The notes beneath the pieces are model-generated. The model was not told the DNA's origin, searched no databases, and was given only the letters and a program-made list of their open reading frames with translations. A stretch of DNA of 62,902 nt, counting the filler, from Octopus bimaculoides (taxonomy: Eukaryota): NCBI RefSeq assembly GCF_001194135.2. It is 7 parts of 5 records of this genome, joined end to end, with 100 filler letters (N's around TTAATTAATTAA, not from the genome) between each part and the next. Parts side by side here need not be neighbours in the genome. Positions count along the whole stretch, not along the records: positions 60,640 to 62,902 come from NC_068986.1; 6 more parts are not named here. One strand, written 5' to 3'. This document shows, one piece after another, positions 60,675 through 62,902 of the stretch; the stretch's first letter is position 1, and each line of letters begins with the position of its first letter. The position numbers were made by a program, and so were the translations under genes.

Positions 60675-61062
60675 TGTGGAGGCGCAATGGCCCAGTGGTG
60701 AGGGCAGCGGACTCGTGGTCATAGGATCGCGGTTTCAATTCCCAGACCGGGCGTTGTTAGTGTTTATTGAGCGAAAACACCTAAAGCTCCACGAGACTCC
60801 GGCAGGGGATGGTGCCGAACCCTGCTGTACTCTTTCACCACGACTTTCTCTCACTCTTACTTCCTGTCTCTGTTGTGCCTGTAATTCAAAGGGTCAGCCT
60901 TGTCACGCTGTGTCACACTGAATATCCCCGAGAACTACGTTAAGGGTACACGAGTCTGTGGAGTGCTCAGCCACTTGCACGTTAATCTTACGAGCAGGAT
61001 GTTCCGTTGATAGGATCAACTGGAACCCTCGACGTCGTAAGCGACGGAGTGCCATACATTAC
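60675..61062 (+). mobile_element. SINE family C, full length
   Basis: 10/11 TSD AGAGTGYATTG (60664-60674, 61063-61073). Confidence 0.9.
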
Positions 61063-61902
61063 AGAGTGCATTGAACATAAATAAGAAATGGGTGTTACCT
61101 TTCATGTAGATGAGAGAGCTGTATGTTTCTCGAAGACACATCAGAAATGACTGTAAACTTTTAAGTAGATGATATGATTGAGCTGTTTTCTTCTGGGTAA
61201 TATCATCATATATGTTACATCCTCGTATATAATATACAGATATATAATATGCAGATATATAATATATAGTGGGGTACCAGCTTGACTGCAACCGACTTAG
61301 GCTTTCTGAAACGAGTAGAAAATTTATATATATATATAAATTTTCNNNNNNNNNNNNNNNNNNNNNNNNNNNNNNNNNNNNNNNNNNNNNNNNNNNNNNN
61401 NNNNNNNNNNNNNNNNNNNNNNNNNNNNNNNNNNNNNNNNNNNNNNNNNNNNNNNNNNNNNNNNNNNNNNNNNNNNNNNNNNNNNNNNNNNNNNNNNNNN
61501 NNNNNNNNNNNNNNNNNNNNNNNNNNNNNNNNNNNNNNNNNNNNNNNNNNNNNNNNNNNNNNNNNNNNNNNNNNNNNNNNNNNNNNNNNNNNNNNNNNNN
61601 NNNNNNNNNNNNNNNNNNNNNNNNNNNNNNNNNNNNNNNNNNNNNNNNNNNNNNNNNNNNNNNNNNNNNNNNNNNNNNNNNNNNNNNNNNNNNNNNNNNN
61701 NNNNNNNNNNNNNNNNNNNNNNNNNNNNNNNNNNNNNNNNNNNNNNNNNNNNNNNNNNNNNNNNNNNNNNNNNNNNNNNNNNNNNNNNNNNNNNNNNNNN
61801 NNNNNNNNNNNNNNNNNNNNNNNNNNNNNNNNNNNNNNNNNNNNNNNNNNNNNNNNNNNNNNNNNNNNNNNNNNNNNNNNNNNNNNNNNNNNNNNNNNNN
61901 NN

Positions 61903-61942
<40 letters not shown>

Positions 61943-62902
61943 ATACATATATACGTACATACATATTACATACATACATACATACAGAAATATAGATATA
62001 TATATATAACAATTTAGCTAGGTCTAAAATACACCCAAGGGATATTAAACATCCGAAGAATTTACTGGTTTATATTACCAGTATAAATAACAATCTTATT
62101 CCAATAGGTGAATGAAAAAATAAACATACAGCTTATTAATATATAAATATAAAACTCCATTATTTTTGTGATGAGCCAATATACATGCATATACATGGAT
62201 ACATACATACATACATATATATATATATATGAAATGTAAAATAAAACAATAAATTCAATTTAAATATTTTATACAAACTAATGACACATCTGATACGTTA
62301 CGCCTTTTTCCGCTTCTTTAATAGAACGACGTTTTTCAAGAATAATCAAATCCGTTGAAATATGTAATGATGCTTCCTCAGAGAGACATATCTGCTTAAA
62401 TATTTGACGAAAAATATCAATTGAAAATATTTATAATTGCTAAGGCTTTACGTAAACGCTTTATAAGAGCGTGCCTAATTATAAATAAGTAAACATTCTA
62501 ACTAAAATTATGTAAATTCATAAAATAAATCTATAAATATTCCGTTCTATAACCGATTTTGTTGCACACTACATATATTCATATATATATATATATATAT
62601 ATATTATATTATACTATATATGCACACATACACCTATCATTTATGTATACATACATACACACACACGTACTTATGCACAAATGCATATATACATACATGA
62701 GTTTAATTATTCCTCTGTATATATACATATATATGCATATATCTATTCTTCAATATTTACATACATATACAATTCATGCACATAGTATCTATTTTTGGTA
62801 AAACATTATTTCATATATTAATTCAAATCTAAATATTAGTAATCTAAGTATGCATATGCGTATGTATGTGTATATGCATATATATATATATATATATATA
62901 TA

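Noticed and set aside
61118-61150. Minus-strand CTGATGT...GAAACATA hammerhead-like string
   Set aside because: Core A9 is missing and the stems do not pair.

Overview
AT-rich, microsatellite- and SINE-dense eukaryotic draft sequence with many N gaps. The SINE families and the intronless C2H2 zinc-finger tandem array look like an Octopus genome; this is inference. Genes: (1) the 5' part of an arsenite methyltransferase (AS3MT) on the minus strand, four coding exons (12749-12586, 9294-9144, 3234-3098, 1101-1032) that splice in frame to 174 codons and continue off the left edge; (2) three tandem plus-strand C2H2 zinc-finger paralogues (29.6-38.8 kb) that differ by whole-finger deletions and duplications, one premature stop and two ligand-dead fingers. 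The rest is mobile DNA: at least four SINE/SINE-like families, Tc1/mariner relics (DD37D and DD41D types), mariner, hAT and piggyBac-type MITEs, a solo LTR with TSD, Helitron/Helentron-type elements, CR1, RTE and R4-type LINE relics, and a (TACG)n satellite. The most unusual signal is a set of minimal type-I hammerhead ribozyme motifs. Some sit in long palindromic (foldback) elements, and four lie in the sense orientation inside the AS3MT locus. Six gaps contain an artificial TTAATTAATTAA linker, so adjacency across them is not guaranteed. Most long ORFs in the supplied track are N-run or microsatellite artefacts.
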